DNA of 64,000 nucleotides, from assembly GCA_964291235.2 (NCBI GenBank), contig OZ219816.1, forward strand, positions 1,824,001 through 1,888,000. The letters run 5' to 3'. Positions 48,284 through 57,164 of the stretch are shown here, in pieces (positions within the stretch are counted from its first letter, which is position 1; each line of letters starts with the position of its first letter). The DNA is from Vicinamibacteria bacterium (GTDB lineage Bacteria > Acidobacteriota > Vicinamibacteria > Marinacidobacterales > Marinacidobacteraceae). A program made the position numbers and the translations under genes. The notes under the pieces are model-generated. The model searched no databases, had not been told where the DNA came from, and worked only from the letters and a program-made list of their open reading frames with translations.

Positions 48284-49630
48284 ATGGACTCCCCGGCGCC
48301 GTCTCCGGAAACCCTGGACCGGAAGCCAACGCCGGAGGAACAGCAGGCCGCGGCCGCACACCTCCGGCGGGCGGAGCGAGAGGCGGCACGGTCGCGGCGG
48401 ATTCCGGAGGGAGTGACGGGCTCCGAGATTGAAAGCGCCGGGATCATCGGCTTCGGAACCATGGGCCGCGGGATCGCGATGTCCTTCGCGGCGGCGGGAA
48501 TCCGGGTCGCCGTTTTCGAGGAGTCGGACGCCGCCTGGACACGGGGCGAGACCGCCGTCGCCGGCAGCCTCGCGCGGGCGGTCGGCCGGGGGAAGATTGG
48601 CGCTGCGGAGGCGGAACGTCAGCAGCGCCGAATCCGCCGGGCGACGCGGTTCGAAGACCTCGGCGACGCGGACTTCTGTGTCGAGGCGGTCTTCGAGGAC
48701 ATGGCCGTCAAGAAGGCGGTCTTCCGCCGCCTCGACCGGATCGCGAGACCGGGAGCGGTCCTCGCCACGAACACCTCCTCCCTCGATGTGAACGTCATCG
48801 CCGCCGCTACCGGACGGCCGGACGCGGTCGTGGGGACACACTTCTTCAGCCCGGCGCACGTCATGCGGCTGTTGGAAGTCGTGGTGGGCGACGCGACGTC
48901 GCCGGACACGCTGGCGACCGCCATGACCCTCGGTGTCCGCCTCGGGAAGGCGCCCGTGCCGGTGGGGGTCTGCGACGGTTTCGTGGGGAACCGGATGCTC
49001 TACGCCTACCGTCGCCAGGCGGACCGACTGCTTCTCGAAGGGGCGCTGCCCGAACAGGTGGACGAGGCGCTCCAGGGCTTTGGGTTCCGCATGGGTCCCT
49101 TCGCAGTGGCGGACCTGGCCGGACTGGACATCGGGCGGGCGGTCCGGAGACGGCTGGCGCAGGAGGCCGAGGCGCGCGGCGCGCCCCCTCCCCCGCCGAA
49201 CGTCGCCGACCGGCTCTGCGAACAGGGACGGTTCGGGCAGAAGACCAGCGCGGGGTTTTACCGATACGACTCCGGAGACCGGACGCCCCATCCCGACCCC
49301 GAGGTCGCGGAGATCGCCCGCCGGGAGTCGGCCGCGCAGGGGATCGAACGCCGGAAGGTGGGCACCCGGGAAATTCTCGAGCGTTGCCTGTTCGCGCTCG
49401 TGAACGAGGGAGCCGAGATCCTCGGTGAGGGGATCGCGGAACGGGAAGGCGATGTGGACGTGGTCTGGGCGCTCGGCTACGGGTTCCCGCGAGAGTGCGG
49501 CGGCCCGATGTATTGGGCGCAGCGAATCGGTCTGCCGGCGGTGGTCACGGCGCTGGACCGACTCGCCGGCGCGACGGGAGATCCCCACCTGGCGCCATCG
49601 CGGGGCCTGCTGGAACTCGCCGTCCGCTGA
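48284..49630 (+). CDS. 3-hydroxyacyl-CoA dehydrogenase (HCDH half of a FadB/FadJ-type enzyme)
   Basis: IIGFGTMG.GIA, EAVFED, ATNTSSL, HFFSPA, GFVGNR, MGPF...DLAGLD, GQKT..GFY and GYGFP...GGP motifs. Confidence 0.92.
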   Translation: MDSPAPSPETLDRKPTPEEQQAAAAHLRRAEREAARSRRIPEGVTGSEIESAGIIGFGTMGRGIAMSFAAAGIRVAVFEESDAAWTRGETAVAGSLARAVGRGKIGAAEAERQQRRIRRATRFEDLGDADFCVEAVFEDMAVKKAVFRRLDRIARPGAVLATNTSSLDVNVIAAATGRPDAVVGTHFFSPAHVMRLLEVVVGDATSPDTLATAMTLGVRLGKAPVPVGVCDGFVGNRMLYAYRRQADRLLLEGALPEQVDEALQGFGFRMGPFAVADLAGLDIGRAVRRRLAQEAEARGAPPPPPNVADRLCEQGRFGQKTSAGFYRYDSGDRTPHPDPEVAEIARRESAAQGIERRKVGTREILERCLFALVNEGAEILGEGIAEREGDVDVVWALGYGFPRECGGPMYWAQRIGLPAVVTALDRLAGATGDPHLAPSRGLLELAVR

Positions 49631-49635
49631 CCCGC

Positions 49636-49971
49636 CTACCCGATCCGTTCCCCACCTCGCGGTCCGTAGAAGATGACCCACGCCTTGAACGACTCGTCGA
49701 AGTCGAGAAACCGGTGCGGGACGCCCGCGGGAACGAAAAAGAAGTCTCCCGGCCGGAAAGACACCGTCTCTTCTCCCATTCGGAACCGCCCCTCGCCCTC
49801 GACGATCACGTAGCACTCGTCCTGGTCGTGCGGCTGCTGTGGGTCCGTGCCCTCGGGCGCGTAGAGCCCGATTTCAAGGGTGCCGCGGTTCAACGCGACG
49901 AAGTAACGATCGTCGGGTAGCTGGGCGGCGCAGTCCGCGGGAGAGATCTTTCGGCAGTCCGTGCGTTTCAT
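49636..49971 (-). CDS. Cupin domain protein
   Basis: D.Q.PH.QDE.Y....G.G, GD..FVPAG..HRF and WV.FYGP.GGE motifs. Confidence 0.88.
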   Translation of the reverse strand: MKRTDCRKISPADCAAQLPDDRYFVALNRGTLEIGLYAPEGTDPQQPHDQDECYVIVEGEGRFRMGEETVSFRPGDFFFVPAGVPHRFLDFDESFKAWVIFYGPRGGERIG

Positions 49972-50080
49972 GGGGTCAGGGTAGCGAGCGCGTGCCGTCG
50001 CGGCCCTTCTTGTCCGTTGACGCGAGCGCTCCTGGCGTTGACGTCTTCGCCATCACGGATTGGGTCCGGGACGTGGGGAC

Positions 50081-50142
50081 GATCAGGTTTGGGAGTTTCG
50101 CTCCGCTGCGCGGAGCGATGCCGGCCTGGAGGCCGGCGTTCC
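50081..50142 (+). repeat. Solo REP-like double-hairpin element
   Basis: GATCAGGTTTGGGAGTTTCGCTCCGCTGCGCGGAGCGATGCCGGCCTGGAGGCCGGCGTTCC, the same family as at 33.5 kb and 58 kb. Confidence 0.85.
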
Positions 50143-50184
50143 CTGCCCGACGCGCCGCGATACCGGGTGGGGACGGCCTTGTCT

Positions 50185-51018
50185 CTACGGGGGTTCGGCG
50201 AGGAAGTCGGCGAGGGTCCACCAGTTCCGAGCGGCCTCACCGCCCGCGAAGCTCCCCGGGCCGAAGGCGAGCACCAGGTCGTAGATCTCGCTCCGGTGCT
50301 CCTGAACCGCCGCCGAGAGAAAGATGGCCGGAGCTCCTTCATTCAGGGTCGCGCAGCGGCCGACCTGCCACGCCACCTGGAACAGACCCGCCGCACCGGC
50401 GAGATTTCGCTCGAGAACCGCTTCGGCGAGGGGCACGATGTCCTCGATCGAAGCACAGCCCACGGCCCCGGTCAGGCCCAGGGAGTCCACCGGAAACCGG
50501 TCGAGCGTCGTGTCGAAGACAAGGGATTCGCCGCGGGAGAAGCGCGCGAACACCCGGTGTTCGCCATCCGCGGGCAACTCGGGCACGTTCGCGTCGAGGT
50601 CGGCCCCGCCGATCCGAAGCGTGGCGCCCGGAGAGAACATCAACTCACCCTCGGGCACGCTGATGCCGTCACCGTCGTAATCGCCGCGCCGGATCTGGTA
50701 GCGGAATTCCAGCCGGCCAACCTCGCTTCCGGTGAGGGCGGCAGGCTCGCTCGCCAGTCCGAGATCGAAGATCAGGAAGATCTCCCCCGTGGTCTCGATC
50801 TCCTCGCCGCTCGTGAGCGGCACCGAGAAGACGAGTTCCTCGCCGTCGAGATAGGTCCCGTTCGCCGCCGGCTCCGAGGCGATCTCCACCCGGTCGATCA
50901 GCGCGTTCGACGGCTCCGGGGGTTCGGGACCCGTCGGGCCTCCTTCCCCCTCCTCGCAGCCGGAGAGCAGCAAGCACCCGAGCGCCGCCGCGGACCAGGC
51001 GGCGGCCGCGCGGTTCAC
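50185..51018 (-). CDS. Hypothetical lipoprotein with an Ig-like adhesin-type module
   Basis: Lipobox LLSGC; V.I.S.P..NGTY..GE...L.F.Y.I...D.D.DGIS module. Confidence 0.6.
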   Translation of the reverse strand: MNRAAAAWSAAALGCLLLSGCEEGEGGPTGPEPPEPSNALIDRVEIASEPAANGTYLDGEELVFSVPLTSGEEIETTGEIFLIFDLGLASEPAALTGSEVGRLEFRYQIRRGDYDGDGISVPEGELMFSPGATLRIGGADLDANVPELPADGEHRVFARFSRGESLVFDTTLDRFPVDSLGLTGAVGCASIEDIVPLAEAVLERNLAGAAGLFQVAWQVGRCATLNEGAPAIFLSAAVQEHRSEIYDLVLAFGPGSFAGGEAARNWWTLADFLAEPP

Positions 51019-52544
51019 CGCAGCCTCGCCCAGCGCGCGGCCTCGTCCACCTGTTTCGCGCCCTCGGGATCCGGCCGGGTCAGCAGGCTGACGACGATGG
51101 CGGCGGCGAACCCGGCGGCAAACCCCACAACCATCTCGTAGAGCTGGAAGTACACCGGCTTGCCCCAGAGGAACCAGCCGACCGAGGTCCCGAATCCGGT
51201 CACCATGCCGGCGACCGCCCCGGGCAACGTCATTCGCCGCCAGAAGATGCCCAGGATCGCCACCGGCGCAAAGGCGCAGCCGAGCCCTGACCAGGAGAAG
51301 AGGACGAAGAAGAAGATGACCCGCACCTCGGGGAGCGCCACTCCGATGCCGACGACTCCGAGCACCAGGGTGACCGCCTTGCCGAAGCGGGCCAGACGCG
51401 CTTCATCGCCGGTTACCCGCGCCACGAAGCCGGAGATTCCGGAAGCCGCCGGATCCCGGTGGCGCGGTCCCAGAAGCTTTTCGAAGAAGTCGCGCACCAC
51501 CGCCGAGGAGGCGAGCAGCAGAACGGAGTCCGCCGTGGACATGATGGCCGCCAGAACCGCGGTCAGGAAAATACCGGTCACCACCGGCGGCATCAGATCC
51601 GAGGCCAGGAGCGGCAGGATGCCCTCCGGATCGGCGATCTGCGGATAGAGCACCCGCCCCGCCATCCCGGTGAGCACGGCCCCGAGATCGAACAGCACGA
51701 TCACGAATGCGGCCATGAACCCGCCGTCCGAGAGGGTGCGCCGATCCTTCGAGGCCATGAAGCGGACCAGAAGCTGGGGCGCTCCCAGGAAGGCGAGACC
51801 GATCCCCATGTGACTGATCACGTCGACGAATCCCTGGGTGCTGGCGCCCGAGGACCCGAGCGGCCGCAGGAGGCCGGGATCCGCGCTCGCCAGCCGCTCC
51901 GCCAGGACCGAGAAACCGCCGATCTCGTGGATCGCGACGACCGGCAGCGCCACGAGCGCCGCGGCCATCAGCGTCGCCTGGATGAGGTCACTCCAGGCGA
52001 CCGCCTTCAGCCCGCCGAAACTCGTGTAGAAGAGGATGACGACGGCGCCGAGGATCACCCCGACCTCATAGGGGATCCCGAGGAACGACTCGAACGTCTT
52101 GCCCGATCCGGTGAGCTGGGCCGCCATGTAGGTGCCCGCCATCACCAGGATCACGACCGATCCGAGGATGCGGAGGATCTGCCGCCGGTCGCCGAAGCGC
52201 TGCTCCATCCAGTCGGCAACCGTGATGGCCTGGTACCGGTCGGCGAGCGCCTTGAAACGCGGGCCGATGAAGGCCCAGGCCACCGCGGTAGCGAGCACCT
52301 CGCCGAAGACGATCCAGAGCGCGTTGACCCCGAGGAGGTAGCCCATGCCGGTGAGGCCCAGCAGCAGCCAGGCGCTCTCGCCGGTGCTCGCCGCCGAAAA
52401 GCCGACTACGGCCGCCGGGAGCTTCCGGCCAGCCAGGTAGTACCCGGCGAGGTCTCGCGTGCTGCGGGAACTCCAGATCGCCAGCCCGAAGAGAATGGAG
52501 AGATAGGAAACGAGGACCGCCCAAAGGGGCCAGTTCTCCGCCAT
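51015..52544 (-). CDS. putP: Sodium/proline symporter (SSS family)
   Basis: Y.LAGR.L, S..S..ESAWLLLGL.G, YT..GG..AV.W.D..Q, G.PQ...RFM, AAIMSTADS and W.GLG..F.P motifs. Confidence 0.85.
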   Translation of the reverse strand: MAENWPLWAVLVSYLSILFGLAIWSSRSTRDLAGYYLAGRKLPAAVVGFSAASTGESAWLLLGLTGMGYLLGVNALWIVFGEVLATAVAWAFIGPRFKALADRYQAITVADWMEQRFGDRRQILRILGSVVILVMAGTYMAAQLTGSGKTFESFLGIPYEVGVILGAVVILFYTSFGGLKAVAWSDLIQATLMAAALVALPVVAIHEIGGFSVLAERLASADPGLLRPLGSSGASTQGFVDVISHMGIGLAFLGAPQLLVRFMASKDRRTLSDGGFMAAFVIVLFDLGAVLTGMAGRVLYPQIADPEGILPLLASDLMPPVVTGIFLTAVLAAIMSTADSVLLLASSAVVRDFFEKLLGPRHRDPAASGISGFVARVTGDEARLARFGKAVTLVLGVVGIGVALPEVRVIFFFVLFSWSGLGCAFAPVAILGIFWRRMTLPGAVAGMVTGFGTSVGWFLWGKPVYFQLYEMVVGFAAGFAAAIVVSLLTRPDPEGAKQVDEAARWARLR

Positions 52545-52556
52545 GGCAGCTCGCCG

Positions 52557-52664
52557 TCAGCGGCCGGCCCGCCGGCCGCGGGCGGCGTTCCAGATGGCGA
52601 GCGTCATGCCGGGCACCACTGCGAAGACCAGCAGGACCCAAGCCGCCGCCGGAAACCCGTTCAT
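52557..52664 (-). CDS. 35-aa single-TM protein (candidate SSS symporter accessory subunit)
   Basis: MNGFPAAAWVLLVFAVVPGMTLAIWNAARGRRAGR*; ATG overlaps the upstream TGA (ATGA) and the ORF ends 12 nt before putP; too short for the ORF track. Confidence 0.65.
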   Translation of the reverse strand: MNGFPAAAWVLLVFAVVPGMTLAIWNAARGRRAGR

Positions 52665-55600
52665 TCGGAACCACCAGGCCGGATGGGCCGGTCGTCGGTT
52701 CGGTACATGTCCTCGTTCAGCCAGGGATAGCCCCCGTAGGGCCTCGCGTCCGGCCAGACCTCGTCCAACGTGTCGCCGTCGTAGATCCGGCCGTCCTTCA
52801 CCACGAAGCGGATGGCGGTGGTGGCGCGGATGTCCTCGAGCGGGTTCTCATCGAGCACCACCAGATCGGCGAGCTTGCCGTCCTCGATGGTCCCGAGTTC
52901 GTGCTCGAGCCCGAGGAAGGCCGCGCCCTGCCGGGTCGCGAGGTCGAGGGCGCCGAGCGGTCCCATCGCCGCCTCCGCCATCCAGATCTCCCAGTGCGAG
53001 CCGATGCCGTGGTGCTGGCCGTGGGCGCCGATGGCCCCCGCCCCCCCCTCGTCGATGATGTCCTGAAGCCCCTGGGCGAGCAGCGGGAAGCTGTAATCGG
53101 TCGCGGGGCGCAGCGGACGGCGCCGGGTGTGCGGGATCAGCATCCGCCAGGGGAGCCAGCGCTGCTGCTTGGGATCCTGCCAGTTCGGCGTCTCCTGCCA
53201 GAAGAACTCCTCGTTCCAGGCCGCCGGGCCCCCGACCACGAAGGTGATCGAATAGACCGTCTTGGTGCGCCCGAAGAACTTGGCGGCGTCCTCGTAGAGC
53301 GGGACGTAGGTGAGCGGGTGTTCCCAGCCGGTCTGACCGTCGAGAATCAGCCCCACGTTGTACACCAGGCTGCCCCCCTCACCGGTGACCATGAGGTCGC
53401 GCTCGCGGGAGATCTCGGCGATCCACTGGCGCTGGTCGCGCCGGGGCTGCATGTAGGACTTGATCGCGGTGGCGCCCCAGGAAGTGAGGCGCTCGACGTT
53501 GTGCTCGGCGTCCTCATAGCTCCGGATGTCGTTTTGGCGCGAACCGTCGCCGTTGTACATCGGATCCCCGGTGCTGAACATGCGCGGGCCGACCATTTCA
53601 CCGGCCTCCACGAGTTCGGCCGCCGAAAAGATGTTCTGGGACCACTGCGAGTTGTCGAGGGTGGTGGTCATCCCGTAGGCGAGGTAAATGCCGGCTTCCC
53701 AGTTGCGGCGCGGCAACACCCCGGTGTGGTCCCGGTGATGGTGGGCGTGCATGTCGATGAGCCCGGGGATGATCGTCTTCCCCGACACGTCCACCACCCG
53801 GTCCTCGTCGGTCCAGACGCAGTCACCGACGCAGACGATCCGGCCGTCCGAGATGCGGACGACGCCCGCCTCGAGGGTCCCCTTCTCGCCAAGCGTGACG
53901 ATCCGGGCGCCGGTCAGCACCGCACCTCCCTTCGCGCGCTGGCGCGGCAGCTCGAGGCTCACCTCGTGGTGCGTGGTCTCCTTGCCGTCCGGATCGTAGG
54001 TGGTGATCCGGGGACCGCTGCCCAGGTAGAGCAACCCGTCCGGCGTCCAGCGCGGGAACATCCCGCCGTCCCTGGTGATGGTGCGGATCGGCAGGGAAGC
54101 ACTCCGCCGCTCGATGTGCGGGGCCTCCATGCCGGCGCCCGGCCAGGGGAGCGCCGTGAGATACACGTTGTCGCCCTCGGCGAAAGCGACCCAGCGTCCG
54201 TCCGGAGACGGGGCTGCTTCGTCCGCGAAGGGGAAGGTCAGGTGGACCCGGCGGTCGGATCCGTCTGGTTTCACCGAGACCAGCCGGGTCACGTCCTCGC
54301 GGCTTCCGCCGCGCTCCCAACTGTCCTGCTCGGGGAAGAACAGGCGGCCGTCGGGGCCGAACGAAGGCGCGACGATCTGCCGGCGCGGCATGAGGGGCCG
54401 GCCCGCGTTGAACGGACGGAGCGTCTTCGCGATGAGAGTGGCTTCGCCGCCCTCGGCCGGAATCCGGACCAGGTCGTAGCGGAGATTCTGCGACCAGGAC
54501 CGCCCGCGCGCGGGGGCGCCGGTGCCGCGGGCCACCACGATCCCGCTCCCGTCCGGGGTCCAGACCGGGTGGATGTACTCGGATGGGGTTTGGGTAAGCC
54601 GCGAGGGCGCGCCGCCCGTCGCCGGAACCGTCAGGAGGTGCCCGTCGGTGTCGTCCCAGGAGGTGTAGGCGACGGTGGCGCCGTCGGGCGAGAACGCCGG
54701 CGACAGCTCGTAAGCGGGATCGTCGCCCTCCACCAGCCGCTCGGGAGTGCCGTCCGGAAGCGTCATCCGATAGAGCCGCCCGGCCGCGTGGAAGACCGCC
54801 ACCGAACCGTCCGGCGAAACGGCGGGCCAGCGGATCATCCGCGCCCGGAAGGTGTCGCCGGAAATGTCGAACCTGGCTCTGGCCTGTTCGGAGACTCGCC
54901 GGCGGACCTCGGCCACGAACCCCACCTCCGCGGTGTCCCCGCTCGCGGCGTCCACCTTGACGATCCGGCCGCCACGGAGCACGTAGAGCGCCGCGCTGTC
55001 GGGAGTCCAGGAATAACCGGGGAGGACGCGTTCGGTCTTCATCCCCTCGGCGGTGTCCGTCTCGATGGGATCGGCGAGCAGGCGCTCGGCTCCGGTGTGG
55101 AGATCACGCAGGAAGAGCGCCGTGCGGGGGCCGAAGCGGTGGCCCTTGAACGAGATCGTGCCGCCGGGAATCCGGCGGGCGAAGGCGAGCCAGCGGCCGT
55201 CCGGAGAGGGCTCGGGCGCGATGGCGCCCCCGCTCGATCCCTGGTACTGCTGCTGGGACTCTCCCTCGGTCACGTCATAGACCTTGCCGGTCTCGAGGTC
55301 GAGTTCCCGGATCTGCATCGCCCCCCGGACCAGATCCCGCTCGGAAGAGGGAGCGAAGTGGAAGTAAAGGGTTCCGTTCGCCGATGGCGCGGGCCAGCCG
55401 GCGCGCCCGTAGTCCGCCCCGTCCACGAGTTCCACCCCGCTCCCGCCATCCGGATGGAAGAGGTAAAGCCCGGACCGGCGGGGCCGGGACAGCGTGGACC
55501 AGCGGGCCACGATCCCCTGCCCGTTCGGGAGCCAGGCGGGGGTGGCGACCCTCGATTCGGGATCCTGGTGGACCGCCCGCGGATTGCCGCCGTCCGCGTC

Positions 55601-55987
55601 CATGAGCCAGAGGTTCGACTGTCCACCACGGTCGGAGACGAAGGCGATCGTCTCGCCGTCGGGCGACCAGCGCGGGTGGTAGTTGACCGCCACCCCGCTG
55701 TCCTGGGTGAGGCACTCGGCCCGCCCGCCGGCGATGGGCATCCGGTAGATGTGTCCGAGCAGGTCGAAGACGAGGGCACTGCCGTCCGGAGACACGTCGA
55801 GCGACATGAAGGTGCCCTCCGAGGTCTCGAAGACGAGGTCGTAGGCGTCGCCGCGGGCAAGCGTGGTGTCCCAGCCCGAATCGTCCGTGCGGCCGCCCCG
55901 CTGGGCAGCGGCTGCGGGCGCGATCAGAGCGAAGGCGGCGAACAGGGTCAGGCTGCGTCGCAGCGGGGACGGAACGGGGTTCCTCAT
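52661..55987 (-). CDS. Secreted amidohydrolase fused to TolB/PD40 beta-propellers
   Basis: Signal peptide, EGT.MSLDVSPDG, multiple SPDG repeats, IIPGLIDMHAH, KSY.QPRR.QRQ and LG.IE.GKLADLVVL. Confidence 0.9.
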   Translation of the reverse strand: MRNPVPSPLRRSLTLFAAFALIAPAAAAQRGGRTDDSGWDTTLARGDAYDLVFETSEGTFMSLDVSPDGSALVFDLLGHIYRMPIAGGRAECLTQDSGVAVNYHPRWSPDGETIAFVSDRGGQSNLWLMDADGGNPRAVHQDPESRVATPAWLPNGQGIVARWSTLSRPRRSGLYLFHPDGGSGVELVDGADYGRAGWPAPSANGTLYFHFAPSSERDLVRGAMQIRELDLETGKVYDVTEGESQQQYQGSSGGAIAPEPSPDGRWLAFARRIPGGTISFKGHRFGPRTALFLRDLHTGAERLLADPIETDTAEGMKTERVLPGYSWTPDSAALYVLRGGRIVKVDAASGDTAEVGFVAEVRRRVSEQARARFDISGDTFRARMIRWPAVSPDGSVAVFHAAGRLYRMTLPDGTPERLVEGDDPAYELSPAFSPDGATVAYTSWDDTDGHLLTVPATGGAPSRLTQTPSEYIHPVWTPDGSGIVVARGTGAPARGRSWSQNLRYDLVRIPAEGGEATLIAKTLRPFNAGRPLMPRRQIVAPSFGPDGRLFFPEQDSWERGGSREDVTRLVSVKPDGSDRRVHLTFPFADEAAPSPDGRWVAFAEGDNVYLTALPWPGAGMEAPHIERRSASLPIRTITRDGGMFPRWTPDGLLYLGSGPRITTYDPDGKETTHHEVSLELPRQRAKGGAVLTGARIVTLGEKGTLEAGVVRISDGRIVCVGDCVWTDEDRVVDVSGKTIIPGLIDMHAHHHRDHTGVLPRRNWEAGIYLAYGMTTTLDNSQWSQNIFSAAELVEAGEMVGPRMFSTGDPMYNGDGSRQNDIRSYEDAEHNVERLTSWGATAIKSYMQPRRDQRQWIAEISRERDLMVTGEGGSLVYNVGLILDGQTGWEHPLTYVPLYEDAAKFFGRTKTVYSITFVVGGPAAWNEEFFWQETPNWQDPKQQRWLPWRMLIPHTRRRPLRPATDYSFPLLAQGLQDIIDEGGAGAIGAHGQHHGIGSHWEIWMAEAAMGPLGALDLATRQGAAFLGLEHELGTIEDGKLADLVVLDENPLEDIRATTAIRFVVKDGRIYDGDTLDEVWPDARPYGGYPWLNEDMYRTDDRPIRPGGSE

Positions 55988-56052
55988 CGGGATCTCCTCC
56001 GGACTCGGCTCCCCGAAGAGGCGGGAAGCCGGGCCGCATAATAACGGCGCTC

Positions 56053-57066
56053 ATGGCCCCGTCCCCCGTCTCTCCGGAAGCGGAGACCCGAGACCCGGGA
56101 TCGCCGGCCGGCGCTGCCGCCGCGATCCAGCCCCCCCGCTGGCCGGACGCGGTAGCGGCCGCCGAACGGCTCCGGCGGGTGTTTCCGGCGAGTCCCCTGC
56201 TGTCCGCGGATGCCGCTCTCGGAGATCGACTGCTCCTGAAGGCGGACACGCTGCTCCCCACCGGATCCTTCAAGGTGCGCGGAATCTGGGACGCGGTCTC
56301 CCAACTGGACGAGGACCGGCTGACGTCCGGGCTCTCCACCGTCAGCGCCGGAAACACGGCGCTCGCCCTCGCCTGGGCGGCGCGCCGGCGCGGAGTTGCG
56401 GCGTTCTCGTTGCTGCCGGAAACTGCGCCGACGGCGAAAGTCGAGGCGTTCCGGGAAGCCGGGGGGACGCCGCGTCTCGTGACCGTCCCGGAACTGTTCC
56501 GCTTCCTCAAGGAGCACCTCTGGGAGGGGGAGCCCTACGTCTTCGTCCATCCGTGGACCTGTCCCCTGGTCCACCGCGGGCACTCGAGCCTCGCGGTCGA
56601 GATCCTGGACGCGGCACCGGAGGTCGAGTCCGTCTTCATTCCGGTGGGCGGCGGTGGCCTGCTGACCGGGGTTGCCGGCGCGCTCAAGGATCGCCGCCCG
56701 GAAATCCGCATCTTCGCCGTGGAACCGGCGGGCTGCGCCGCGCTCCATCACAGCCTTCAGGCCGGGCGGGCGGTTTCGGCGCCGTGCGAAACGGTGTGCG
56801 ACGGCGCCGCCGTCCCCTACCTCACCGAAGAGCTCTACCCGGCGCTGGCGAGCCTCGTGGACCGGACGGTACTGGTGCCGGACGAACGAACGCTCGCCAC
56901 CTCCCGGCATCTACTGCTCGGCCAGAAAGTCGTCACCGAGCCGTCCGGGGCGCTCGCCACCGCCGCCGTTTCGATGGTGCCGGCCGAAGAGCGTGGTCTG
57001 AGCGTCGCCCTCCTCACCGGCGCCAGCGTCGGCTCGCTGGGGATCCGACGCCTCCTGGACGTCTAG
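56053..57066 (+). CDS. PLP-dependent threonine/serine dehydratase family enzyme
   Basis: LK...L.PTGSFKVRG, SAGN, PVGGGGL and EPSGA motifs. Confidence 0.85.
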   Translation: MAPSPVSPEAETRDPGSPAGAAAAIQPPRWPDAVAAAERLRRVFPASPLLSADAALGDRLLLKADTLLPTGSFKVRGIWDAVSQLDEDRLTSGLSTVSAGNTALALAWAARRRGVAAFSLLPETAPTAKVEAFREAGGTPRLVTVPELFRFLKEHLWEGEPYVFVHPWTCPLVHRGHSSLAVEILDAAPEVESVFIPVGGGGLLTGVAGALKDRRPEIRIFAVEPAGCAALHHSLQAGRAVSAPCETVCDGAAVPYLTEELYPALASLVDRTVLVPDERTLATSRHLLLGQKVVTEPSGALATAAVSMVPAEERGLSVALLTGASVGSLGIRRLLDV

Positions 57067-57164
57067 ATGGGAAAGATCACAGCGTGGCTCTAGGATTCCC
57101 GCCGATGAGCGGTGCGGTTCACTTCCATTTCGCCGAGGATCAACCCTGAGGAGCGACGGGACAC

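Noticed and set aside
52901-56041. Very long opposite-strand ORFs (e.g. 52901-56041, 10534-12789, 23412-25340, 58299-60218)
   Set aside because: They are antisense shadows typical of high-GC coding DNA, have no recognisable motifs and lie opposite well-supported genes.
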